Assembly: GCA_934149245.1 (NCBI GenBank)
Contig: CAKPER010000003.1
Location: 2,269 to 66,268 of the forward strand
Length of the DNA: 64,000 nucleotides
Reading direction: 5' to 3'
DNA from: an uncultured Bacilli bacterium
GTDB taxonomy: Bacteria; Bacillota_I; Bacilli_A; RF39; UBA660
Part shown: one piece after another, positions 36,736 through 45,292 of the stretch
How the letters are laid out: each line of letters opens with the position of its first letter
Numbering within the stretch: the first letter of the stretch is position 1
The notes under the pieces: model-generated
Seen by the model: the letters and a program-made list of their open reading frames with translations, nothing else
Told to the model about the DNA's origin: nothing
The model's database searches: none
Translations under genes and position numbers: made by a program

Positions 36736-38022
36736 TTGAAGAAAATAATATTTATAATTATAATTTTATTGGGAAGCATAGGGGGATACTATTACTATCA
36801 AAATATCTATCTTCCAAGTCAAAAGCCAACATTAGAAGTAGAAACAAATAAGGTAGATATATCTGAATATTATATATATGGTAATCATTTAAATATAAAA
36901 GGAACAATAAAAAAATTAAATGCTAATTTTAAAAATGCTGATATAATATTATGGAATTCTGAAACGGGAGAAAAGATAAAGTATAAAATAAACTATAAGA
37001 AAAATATTAATACACTTAATTTTAATATATCAGATTCAATTAATGATGGGATTTATTTAGATAACATAAAACCAGGAAAATATCAAATATATTTAAGGTT
37101 AAAATATGTTAAACAAGTAAAGAAAAAGGAAGAAGTAACTTATAAATACTTCCCACTAGAGAACAAAACTTCTTACAAAACAACAGATTATTATACAATT
37201 TCTAAAACAAATAATAAATTGCATATATATTCAAATAAAAAAACTTTATCTATAAAAGTAAGTAAAAATAATGAAGAAGTATATGATGTTGTGATTGATC
37301 CATCTGGTGGTGGAATTGATAAAGGTTCAACAGGAAATGGTCATAATGAAGCTGATATTACTTTAGAAATGGCTGAAAAAATAAAAGAAGAATTGGAAAA
37401 AAGCAAAATCAAAGTAAAACTTACTAGAACTAAAGATAGCTTATCAGCAACAGATTATTTTGATGAATATAATGATGGTGGGCGTGCTGTTATTTCTCAT
37501 GAAGTAAATGCTAAATATGTATTCTCATTAGAAGCAACAAGCAGTCAAAATGTTCAAACTAGTGGTTTTAGTATTTATACAGCATCAGATATAAACTATG
37601 ATTTTGCAGCTAAATTAACAGAAAATATTATATCAAAAACTAATTTGAAAACATCAGCTATAACAGCATATAGAGTTGATTACGGAATTTATAGTCATAA
37701 TTTTACAGAAAGTGAAATATCTGATAATATGGCATATTATGATCGTAAAGGGTATACTCATTACAACATAACAACAAATTCTAATTATTTATATATGATT
37801 AGAGAAACTGGTGGAATTATGACTGGAGCATATGTTGATGATAGTAATCCAGAAAAAGTAGGAGTAAACAAATATTATAATAGCAATATTGGGGCAGAAG
37901 CTTATGTCATAAGATTAGGATATTTATCCAATCAAGATGATTTAAATGCTATGACAACTAATCAAGGAACTTATGCCCAAGCTATAGCAAATAGTATAAT
38001 TAATGAACTAAAGAGCAAATAA
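36736..38022 (+). CDS. membrane-anchored Amidase_3-like protein (N-acetylmuramoyl-L-alanine amidase fold, probably inactive)
   Basis: TTG start 8 nt after AGGAGG, with an N-terminal TM helix. The C-terminal Amidase_3 pattern VVIDPSGGGIDKGS...NEADITLEMAEKIKEEL...KVKLTRTKD...VFSLEATSS has Ser and Glu where the family normally has the zinc-ligand His residues (GHGG, SIHxN). Confidence 0.65.
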   Translation: MKKIIFIIIILLGSIGGYYYYQNIYLPSQKPTLEVETNKVDISEYYIYGNHLNIKGTIKKLNANFKNADIILWNSETGEKIKYKINYKKNINTLNFNISDSINDGIYLDNIKPGKYQIYLRLKYVKQVKKKEEVTYKYFPLENKTSYKTTDYYTISKTNNKLHIYSNKKTLSIKVSKNNEEVYDVVIDPSGGGIDKGSTGNGHNEADITLEMAEKIKEELEKSKIKVKLTRTKDSLSATDYFDEYNDGGRAVISHEVNAKYVFSLEATSSQNVQTSGFSIYTASDINYDFAAKLTENIISKTNLKTSAITAYRVDYGIYSHNFTESEISDNMAYYDRKGYTHYNITTNSNYLYMIRETGGIMTGAYVDDSNPEKVGVNKYYNSNIGAEAYVIRLGYLSNQDDLNAMTTNQGTYAQAIANSIINELKSK

Positions 38023-38036
38023 TTTTTGCTTTTTTT
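38012..38036 (+). terminator. rho-independent terminator
   Basis: Stem AGCAAA / TTTGCT with the TAA stop codon in the loop, followed by T6. Confidence 0.5.
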
Positions 38037-38147
38037 GATAAATTTATATAAATTTAGATGTGATTTTCAAAAGACATACAATTAAAGAATTTGTTTTGAA
38101 TTGTGCTTATTTATTACTTAAATACAATTGTTATTATAAAAAATATT

Positions 38148-38322
38148 GGTTCTTTGAAATTCGGTGTGTCTAAAAAAATCACATCTAAATTTTAGGCGTG
38201 ATTTTATCATATTTTATTTTTTAAAACTTAAAAAACTAAATCATTCTTTAAAAAATTCAAATTAATATTAAGTAAATTTATAATGAATACTTTTTGCTAG
38301 CCATACCGAATTTCGAAGAACC
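38148..38322. mobile_element. MITE-like non-autonomous element (175 bp), copy 2
   Basis: Ends GGTTCTTTGAAATTCGGTGTGTC (38148-) and ATACCGAATTTCGAAGAACC (-38322) match the copy 1 inverted repeats. A perfect 8-bp direct repeat AAAATATT flanks the element (38140-38147 and 38323-38330). The interior is unrelated to copy 1. Confidence 0.55.
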
Positions 38323-38328
38323 AAAATA

Positions 38329-39339
38329 TTATGGAATTACTCCCCAACCTGTTACAACATTTCTTCCTCCATTTTTTTTTGCAAGATAATTTGGTGTATT
38401 AATTAATTTATTGTTTATGACAAGAGAAGCTGATTGACCACCATCAAGATTGGCAGCATTACGTGCTCCATATTTTTTTAATGTTTTTATAACATCTTTT
38501 AATGTAGCTCCATTAGCATAAGTTTTTCCTTCGGTTACTAAAAAAAGAACAATACCATCTTTTCTTTGGGCAATAGCGCATTTGTTAGCAATTCCATATG
38601 GTGTTCCTTCTATTTTTGAGGTTTGACCATTGATTATTAAAAATGGACCAAATTCTATTCCTTGTCTAATTCCCGCTGCGATAGCTTCCTCACCACTTAC
38701 ATTACTCATAAGTTTTAGTTTTCCGTCCTGTGTAAAGCCTATAATATTTCCTTTATTATTGCTTTGCCATACTATTTTACCATTATCTATTACATATCCT
38801 TGAGGAATACTAGAATTATCCATTAATCCATTTTCAAATCCTCCACCATTTATGCAAACAGTTCCTTTGTATCTTTTGCACAAATCGATAACTCTTTCGC
38901 CTTTATCATCAGCTACAAATTTTTTCGTTCTGATAAGCGATATTTTTGTTGGGTCATATATGATAACAATATATCCTTTTGCATTACCAACTTTTGTTGT
39001 TATTAGTTTGTATAAATCATTTTTATGTTTTTTCATTAAAACTTGTTTTTCATAACTACTTTTATAAATAACAGAATTATCAAATTTTATTTCATTAGTA
39101 TTTACATTTTCATTAATTGGAACTATATAGTTTTTTTTCATTATTTTTTTTATTTCTTTATCATTAAAAAATATTTTAGCTAGCCATTTATGATTCATTG
39201 TTTGCATACTCGTTGTCACATATATGTTTCTGACATAATCCCATGGACCGTACAATATTATTGCTAATATTATAAAAGTTAAATCAATTATAACTACTGA
39301 AATTATTACTTTCTTCATTTTTACACTACTTTCATACAA
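38329..39339 (-). CDS. phosphodiester glycosidase family protein (DUF2233/NAGPA-like), membrane anchored
   Basis: N-terminal TM helix. Motifs: CINGGGFE, YVIDNGKIV, AIAQRKDGIVLFLVTEG, ANLDGGQSASLV. Confidence 0.75.
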   Translation of the reverse strand: MYESSVKMKKVIISVVIIDLTFIILAIILYGPWDYVRNIYVTTSMQTMNHKWLAKIFFNDKEIKKIMKKNYIVPINENVNTNEIKFDNSVIYKSSYEKQVLMKKHKNDLYKLITTKVGNAKGYIVIIYDPTKISLIRTKKFVADDKGERVIDLCKRYKGTVCINGGGFENGLMDNSSIPQGYVIDNGKIVWQSNNKGNIIGFTQDGKLKLMSNVSGEEAIAAGIRQGIEFGPFLIINGQTSKIEGTPYGIANKCAIAQRKDGIVLFLVTEGKTYANGATLKDVIKTLKKYGARNAANLDGGQSASLVINNKLINTPNYLAKKNGGRNVVTGWGVIP

Positions 39340-39406
39340 TAACTTAATCTATGTTTTTATTATAACTAATTACATTGCAATTTTCAACATTTTTATTTTA
39401 AATTGA

Positions 39407-39435
39407 TTGACAAACTTGTTAATCTATTATATTAT
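39407..39435 (+). promoter_or_regulatory. sigma-A type promoter for the tasA/sipW-like operon
   Basis: TTGACA, 17-nt spacer, TATTAT. Confidence 0.5.
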
Positions 39436-39515
39436 TACAATAGTAGTAAGATAGGGGTTCTTGCTATGTACTATATGTACTATGAGATATTTTGATGAAG
39501 TGGGAGGTGTGATGT

Positions 39516-40064
39516 ATGGCAATAATAAATAGAAAAAAGAAAATAGGTGGTATCTTTTTAGGTGCTATGACAATTATAGGAATTGGATATGCAGCTTTAT
39601 CTAATATTGATTTAAAAATTACTGGTGATGCTGTTGTTGGACCAAGTGGAGATAAATTTAATGTAAAATTGGTTTCTGTTAAAAAAAATCTTGATGGTAG
39701 TTCAAATCCTTTATCATGTGAAATAGCTTCAGATGGATTAACTGCCCATTGTACTGCTAATTTAGAAGGAGCAACTAACTGGGAAAATACACATAATAAC
39801 TATGGCGAAAATGTTTTTACTATTAAATATACTGGTAGTGATTCATATGATGCTGGTTTAACATATGAAGTTTCAAAAAGTGGTTCAAATAACATTGAAG
39901 TTGGTGTTTCTCAAACAAATGGTAGTGATGGATTAGTTAATAAATTATCTGCTGGAGAAAGTGCTGATTTTTCCGTTTATCTTTATACTTCTGCTAGAGC
40001 GCAGCTTGGTGATAAAATAGATTTTACTATTAATATAAAGGCGAAACCTATTGAAAAAAAATAA
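39516..40064 (+). CDS. small secreted protein with a TasA/camelysin-type (SipW-cognate-like) signal peptide
   Basis: N-terminus is RKKKIGGIFLGAMTIIGIGYAALSNIDLKITGD. The mature part is rich in Gly/Ser/Thr/Asn. It lies immediately upstream of a SipW-like peptidase gene. Confidence 0.45.
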   Translation: MAIINRKKKIGGIFLGAMTIIGIGYAALSNIDLKITGDAVVGPSGDKFNVKLVSVKKNLDGSSNPLSCEIASDGLTAHCTANLEGATNWENTHNNYGENVFTIKYTGSDSYDAGLTYEVSKSGSNNIEVGVSQTNGSDGLVNKLSAGESADFSVYLYTSARAQLGDKIDFTINIKAKPIEKK

Positions 40065-40084
40065 ATTAATTTAGGGTGAAATAA

Positions 40085-41191
40085 ATGAGAAATGATTTGT
40101 CAAAAATATACATAATTGAATTGTTTGCAATTTTTTTCACTCTTCTTAATTTTTTTATATTTAAATTAAATTATGTATGGTTAGTTGTTGTTTTTACTTT
40201 CTTTACATTACTGGCTTTTTTAATTATAGGAAATAAAAAGGTAAAATTTATAAATGCTATAGAAGTTAGATTATTAATGATTGCTTTTGGAATTGTTTAT
40301 TTAATTTTATTTTATTTATTAGGAATATATTTTGGGTTTTATAGATCAGTTGTAACAGTTAGTTTTAATTCTCTGTTTCGTTATTTAGTTCCAATTATTA
40401 TAATAATAGTAGAAACAGAATTATTAAAAAATTTGTTTTTTTCAAGAAAGAATAAGATTTCTTATGTTTTAGGAACTGTGCTATTTGTTATGATAGATAT
40501 TAATTTAAATAAGAGTATTACAGTAGATTATAATTTGTCATCTCTTTTAAATTTTTTTGGGTACGTAGTATTAACTTCGATTTCATCTAACTTATTGTAC
40601 AATTATATTTGTATTAACTTTGGTTATGAATCTAATATAGTTTTTCGAATACTTACGACATGTTATATTTATGTTATTCCTTTTGTTCCTAATGTTTATA
40701 TGTTTATTAGAATATTTTTGAAAATGTTTAGTCATTTTCTAATTTATATAATTCTATATAATCTTTATTATAAAAAGTACCATAGGTTTGAGAAAACAAA
40801 TTTATTTGAAAAGTTATTATGGAGTATATCTTTTTGCTTTGTAATTATTTTTTGTGTTTTAGTTTCTTGTAAATTTAAGTACGGTATGTTGGTTGTAGGT
40901 TCTGGTTCAATGACTGGAACTATTAATAAGGGTGATGCAGTTATTTTTGAAAAATATAAATCTCAAAATTTAGATGTTGGTGATATTGTTGTTTTTCAGA
41001 GAAATAATATGGTAGTCATTCATAGAATTATTAATATTGATGGAGATGGTACACGAATATATACTAAAGGTGATTTTAATGTTCAGGAAGATGATGGGTA
41101 TGCGAGTGATAAAGATATCATTGGTATAGTTAGATTTAAAATTCATTATTTTGGTATTCCATCTTTACTATTAAAAGAATTAGTAGGATGA
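40085..41191 (+). CDS. polytopic membrane domain fused to an ER/archaeal-type (SipW-like, S26B) signal peptidase
   Basis: Residues 1-260 form about 8 hydrophobic helices. The C-terminal ~105 aa read VVGSGSMTGTINKGDAVIF...VVIHRII...TKGDFNVQEDD, matching the SipW Ser/His dyad context. Confidence 0.7.
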   Translation: MRNDLSKIYIIELFAIFFTLLNFFIFKLNYVWLVVVFTFFTLLAFLIIGNKKVKFINAIEVRLLMIAFGIVYLILFYLLGIYFGFYRSVVTVSFNSLFRYLVPIIIIIVETELLKNLFFSRKNKISYVLGTVLFVMIDINLNKSITVDYNLSSLLNFFGYVVLTSISSNLLYNYICINFGYESNIVFRILTTCYIYVIPFVPNVYMFIRIFLKMFSHFLIYIILYNLYYKKYHRFEKTNLFEKLLWSISFCFVIIFCVLVSCKFKYGMLVVGSGSMTGTINKGDAVIFEKYKSQNLDVGDIVVFQRNNMVVIHRIINIDGDGTRIYTKGDFNVQEDDGYASDKDIIGIVRFKIHYFGIPSLLLKELVG

Positions 41192-41195
41192 TAGT

Positions 41196-42272
41196 ATGAA
41201 GAATAAAAAAAAGTGGTCTTTATTGAAAATGTTGTTGACATTGATTATAACAAATTTTATATGCATAATATTTGGTATTGTTATTTGTTATCAAAAAAAT
41301 AATGATATTAGTCTTGCGTATAATAGTACACAAGACATTGATTATAAGGTTTATTTGATAGATAATAATTTTTTTAAAGATGATTATTTAGAAAAAGGAA
41401 ATCAATATATTTCAGAAATTGTTGATTATATTAATATTAAATTTAAATATAAATTTAATATTGCAGATTATATGAATTTAAATTCAAAATATAAGTATAA
41501 AATAATTTCTAATTTGCAAATAATTGATAAAGAAAATGGTAATATTTTATACAATAGTGATAATGATTTATTAAAAAAAGAATTAACAGGATATTATAAT
41601 TCTTTTAAGATTGACGAAGAAGTTAAAATAGATTATAAAAAGTATAATGAAATTGTTTGTGATATTATAAATAAGTATGATTTACAAAATATAAAATCTG
41701 AATTAAAGATTAGTTTAAAAGTTGACAATTTGATTAATGCTAAAGGTTTAAAAAAGCAAAAGAATCTAGATAGTACTATTTCGGCATCTATTCCTCTTAA
41801 TATTAAAACGTTTAATATTAGAACTGATAAGAGAAAAATTGATACTCATGAAGATAATTATATAAAAGTTGCTAATAAAAATATAAATAATAATTCTAAA
41901 TTTGTTATTATGTTTATGATTGTTATTGAATTGTTAATGCTGATTGGCTATATTATTTTAAAAGTTGGTAGAATGAAAAACAATTATCAATTAATATATA
42001 ATAGAGAGATTAATAGAATAATAAAAAAATATGGTTGTTTTATTCAAAGGGTTTATAATACATTTGATTTGACAGGATATCAAATAATAAGAGTAAGAGA
42101 TTTTAAAAATTTGCTGGATATAATGGAAATTATTAATTCACCTATATTAATGCTGGAGAATAAAACTAAAGATGGTTGTTTTTTTGTTGTAATAACAAAC
42201 ACAAAATTTATTTATGTATATGGTGTTAAGGTAAGTGAAATAAAAAAAAGATTAAATAATAAAGATAATTAA
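41196..42272 (+). CDS. bitopic membrane protein, possibly DUF5305-like, SipW-operon partner
   Basis: N-terminal TM helix, an extracytoplasmic region of about 210 aa, a second TM helix (FVIMFMIVIELLMLIGYIIL) and a cytoplasmic tail. The start lies 4 nt after the peptidase stop. Confidence 0.4.
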   Translation: MKNKKKWSLLKMLLTLIITNFICIIFGIVICYQKNNDISLAYNSTQDIDYKVYLIDNNFFKDDYLEKGNQYISEIVDYINIKFKYKFNIADYMNLNSKYKYKIISNLQIIDKENGNILYNSDNDLLKKELTGYYNSFKIDEEVKIDYKKYNEIVCDIINKYDLQNIKSELKISLKVDNLINAKGLKKQKNLDSTISASIPLNIKTFNIRTDKRKIDTHEDNYIKVANKNINNNSKFVIMFMIVIELLMLIGYIILKVGRMKNNYQLIYNREINRIIKKYGCFIQRVYNTFDLTGYQIIRVRDFKNLLDIMEIINSPILMLENKTKDGCFFVVITNTKFIYVYGVKVSEIKKRLNNKDN

Positions 42273-42587
42273 TTGAGAAAGGTTATCTTTTTTTCTTTGT
42301 GTGTATATCTTAAAAAAATTATAGACTAAATATAATATAATATGAATTTTTAAAGTAAAATGTCAAATTAGTGTCAAATAAAAAAAGTAAAACTTACAGT
42401 TTTTATGGAATTTTATTCTAAAAAAAATAAGTTTTATAGAAATTTAATCGTTAAAAATTAAATTTTAAGTATAAATCTTAAATTTATGGCCAAAAATTAC
42501 CAATATATTTATTAATAAATATTTAAAATAGTCATTTTGAATAAAAAAATAAGTGTGTTATATTCTCTAACGAAGGGAGGAAATAAT

Positions 42588-42962
42588 ATGTTGAATCAAG
42601 TAGTTTTAGTTGGTAGAATAGTTAAAACACCTGAACTTAGAATAACAGAGAATGGTAAGAAAACCAGTCGTATGACGCTTGCTGTTCCAAGAAATTACAA
42701 AAATATGGAAGGTGAATATGATACCGATTTTTTAGATTGTACTTTATGGACTAGTGTTGCTGAGAATACTAGTGAATATTGTCAAACTGGCGATATGGTT
42801 GGTGTTAAAGGAAGACTTCAAACTAGAATAATTCAAAATGAAGATGGAACTAAGAAAAAAAGAACTGAAATAGTTGCTGAAAGAGTTACTTTTTTAGCTC
42901 AATCAACTGCAAATAAAGAAGCAAATACTGGTAAAAAATCAATTAAAGAAACAAAGGAGTAA
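42588..42962 (+). CDS. ssb: single-stranded DNA-binding protein without an acidic C-terminal tip (SsbB-like)
   Basis: GGGAGG RBS. OB-fold N-terminus MLNQVVLVGRIVKTPELR and LDCTLWTSVAEN. It ends in KKSIKETKE rather than D-(D/I)-(L/P)-P-F. Confidence 0.85.
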   Translation: MLNQVVLVGRIVKTPELRITENGKKTSRMTLAVPRNYKNMEGEYDTDFLDCTLWTSVAENTSEYCQTGDMVGVKGRLQTRIIQNEDGTKKKRTEIVAERVTFLAQSTANKEANTGKKSIKETKE

Positions 42963-42998
42963 TATCTTAAAAATTAAGGGGAAAATTACTCCTTTTTT
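42954..42998 (+). terminator. rho-independent terminator of ssb
   Basis: 10-bp stem AAGGAGTAAT / ATTACTCCTT followed by T6. Confidence 0.65.
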
Positions 42999-43092
42999 AA
43001 TAGATATTTTACTATCTAATATATGTAAAATACATTATTATTAATTGTCAAATAATTTATATTATGCTAGACTAAAATTAGAAGGTGATTGC

Positions 43093-44466
43093 ATGGTGAT
43101 TTTTAATAAAAAAGCAAAAAGTGATGATAAAACAAAAAAATCACTTGAAATAATAAAAAAGGAAAAAACGAGGATAAAAGATTCTAAAAAAAAGTTAAAA
43201 TTGGAAAAGAAAAAAATAAGGCAAGAAAGGTATAGAAAATTTTTTTCCACAAAACTGGGGAAAATTATAAAAAAAGCATTATTTTTAAATGAAAAGGAGG
43301 AAAAACCATCATTAAGGGAACAATTTTTTATAGCCTTATATTATGAATTTTTAGGAGCAATAATATGCTTATTGATATTATTTGTTTTATCAGGTGGAAA
43401 AAATTACTTTAAACTTTATAGAGAATTAAACAAATTGATTGATACCTACGATACAATTACAAATAATTATTACGGACAAATTGATAAAAAAGAATTAGTA
43501 GATTCTGCAACGTCATCTATGGTTTCAAGTATAAATGATAGTTTCACTAATTATACAAATCAAGATGATACAAATTCTTTTATGGAAAATATTAAAGGTA
43601 AATATAAAGGAATAGGTGCAACAGTAGCAACTGACAAAGATAATAATAATATCGTTGTAGAAATATTCGATGATAGTCCAGCAAAAAAGGCAGGTTTAAA
43701 AGTAAATGATATTATTTTAAAAATAAATAATAAGTCATTTAAAAATAAGACAAGTTCTGATATTGCTGATTATGTTAAAAATAGTCCTACTTCTAAATTA
43801 AATATATTAGTAAAAAGAAATAATAAAGAAATAAAAATAACCATTAAACGCGAAGAAATTGACATTCCAACAGTAACTGGTAAAATAATAGAACAAGATA
43901 ATAAAAAAATAGGATACATAAATATCTCTATATTTACATCTATTACAACAAATCAGTTTAAGAAGCAATTAGCTAAATTAGAAGGCAAAGAAATAGATGG
44001 CTTGATTATTGATGTAAGAGACAACTCGGGTGGTTATTTATCAACGGTAACTGATATATCAAGTTTATTTCTAAAAAAGGGGCAAATAATTTATCAGCTT
44101 TCTAGTAAAAGTGGTGTTGAAAAGATAAAAGATAATACCAAAGAAAGTAGGAGTTATCCAATTGCAGTTATAATAAACAAAAATAGTGCTTCAGCTTCAG
44201 AAATATTGGCTTCATCTATAAAAGAAAGTTATAAAGGTCACATTATAGGTGTTAACAGCTATGGTAAAGGAACTGTTCAAAAAACAAAGCAATTATTAGA
44301 TGGCAGTATGATAAAATTTACAATAGAAAAATGGTTAACTCCAACTGGAAAGTGGATTAATAAAAAAGGTGTAAAACCAACAGAATATATAGAATATGAT
44401 CCAACAACTGCAGATAATCAATTATCTAAATCTGTAGAAATAATTTTAGGGGACTTATCTAAATAA
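43093..44466 (+). CDS. S41 C-terminal processing peptidase (CtpA/CtpB family)
   Basis: ATG after GAAGGTGA, with a Lys-rich N-terminus and a TM helix. PDZ domain (GLKVNDIILKINN), then IDVRDNSGGYL, NKNSASASEILA, GKGTVQ. Confidence 0.88.
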   Translation: MVIFNKKAKSDDKTKKSLEIIKKEKTRIKDSKKKLKLEKKKIRQERYRKFFSTKLGKIIKKALFLNEKEEKPSLREQFFIALYYEFLGAIICLLILFVLSGGKNYFKLYRELNKLIDTYDTITNNYYGQIDKKELVDSATSSMVSSINDSFTNYTNQDDTNSFMENIKGKYKGIGATVATDKDNNNIVVEIFDDSPAKKAGLKVNDIILKINNKSFKNKTSSDIADYVKNSPTSKLNILVKRNNKEIKITIKREEIDIPTVTGKIIEQDNKKIGYINISIFTSITTNQFKKQLAKLEGKEIDGLIIDVRDNSGGYLSTVTDISSLFLKKGQIIYQLSSKSGVEKIKDNTKESRSYPIAVIINKNSASASEILASSIKESYKGHIIGVNSYGKGTVQKTKQLLDGSMIKFTIEKWLTPTGKWINKKGVKPTEYIEYDPTTADNQLSKSVEIILGDLSK

Positions 44467-44569
44467 AGTCTTCTTTTTAGGTGCTAAAACATATGTAAAA
44501 ATATGGAAAAAATTGCTAAAAAGTGATATAATAAAGGTGTTACTACATGAAAGGAGTGAACAACCTAAA

Positions 44570-45292
44570 ATGTTAAGGTTTATTATATGTGAAGATAACA
44601 AAGAATTTAATAGTAGAATTTCTGAGATAATTAACAAAGTCATGATGTCCTACAATTTTGAGTACAAACTAAATAAGTTCTTTGAATATAATAAAGAAGT
44701 AGAACAAGTTATATTTTTAAAGAACGAACATAAAATCTATATATTAGATATAGAATTGCCCGAAATATCTGGTTTAGAAATAGCTTCAATTATAAGAGAA
44801 AATGACCAAGAAAGTACTATAATTTTTATAACATCACATCCAGAATGTCAAAATGATATCTTTTATTCAAGACTATTAGCAATTGACTATATCAATAAAG
44901 ATAAGTTGTGGGCTGGAAGACTGGAAAGCACTTTAAACTATTCTATAAAGAAGTTAAATAAAAAAAGAGTATTTATCTTTGAATTTAATTACAATAGTTA
45001 TCGATTATTAATAGATGAAATACTATATATTGAAAGAGCAAGAATAAATAAAAGATGTATTATTCATACAGAAAGTGGAGAGACTTATAAAATATGTGCA
45101 TCTATTTCAGAACTTAAAGGTAAATTAGGACCAAGCTTTTATCAAACTCATCAATCCTGTTTAGTAAATGTTGAAAAAATAAAATGGGTTAATTACAATA
45201 AGAATTTGATAGTATTTAACAATAATACTGAATTATATTTACTATCAAATAGAAATAGGAAAGGATTGAAAGAATATGTCACAAGTTATTGA
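44570..45292 (+). CDS. LytTR-family response regulator (AgrA-like)
   Basis: ATG after AAAGGAG. The receiver domain has ILDIELPEISGLE. The C-terminal LytTR domain has ILYIERARINKRCIIHT...FYQTHQSCLVNVEKI. Confidence 0.85.
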   Translation: MLRFIICEDNKEFNSRISEIINKVMMSYNFEYKLNKFFEYNKEVEQVIFLKNEHKIYILDIELPEISGLEIASIIRENDQESTIIFITSHPECQNDIFYSRLLAIDYINKDKLWAGRLESTLNYSIKKLNKKRVFIFEFNYNSYRLLIDEILYIERARINKRCIIHTESGETYKICASISELKGKLGPSFYQTHQSCLVNVEKIKWVNYNKNLIVFNNNTELYLLSNRNRKGLKEYVTSY

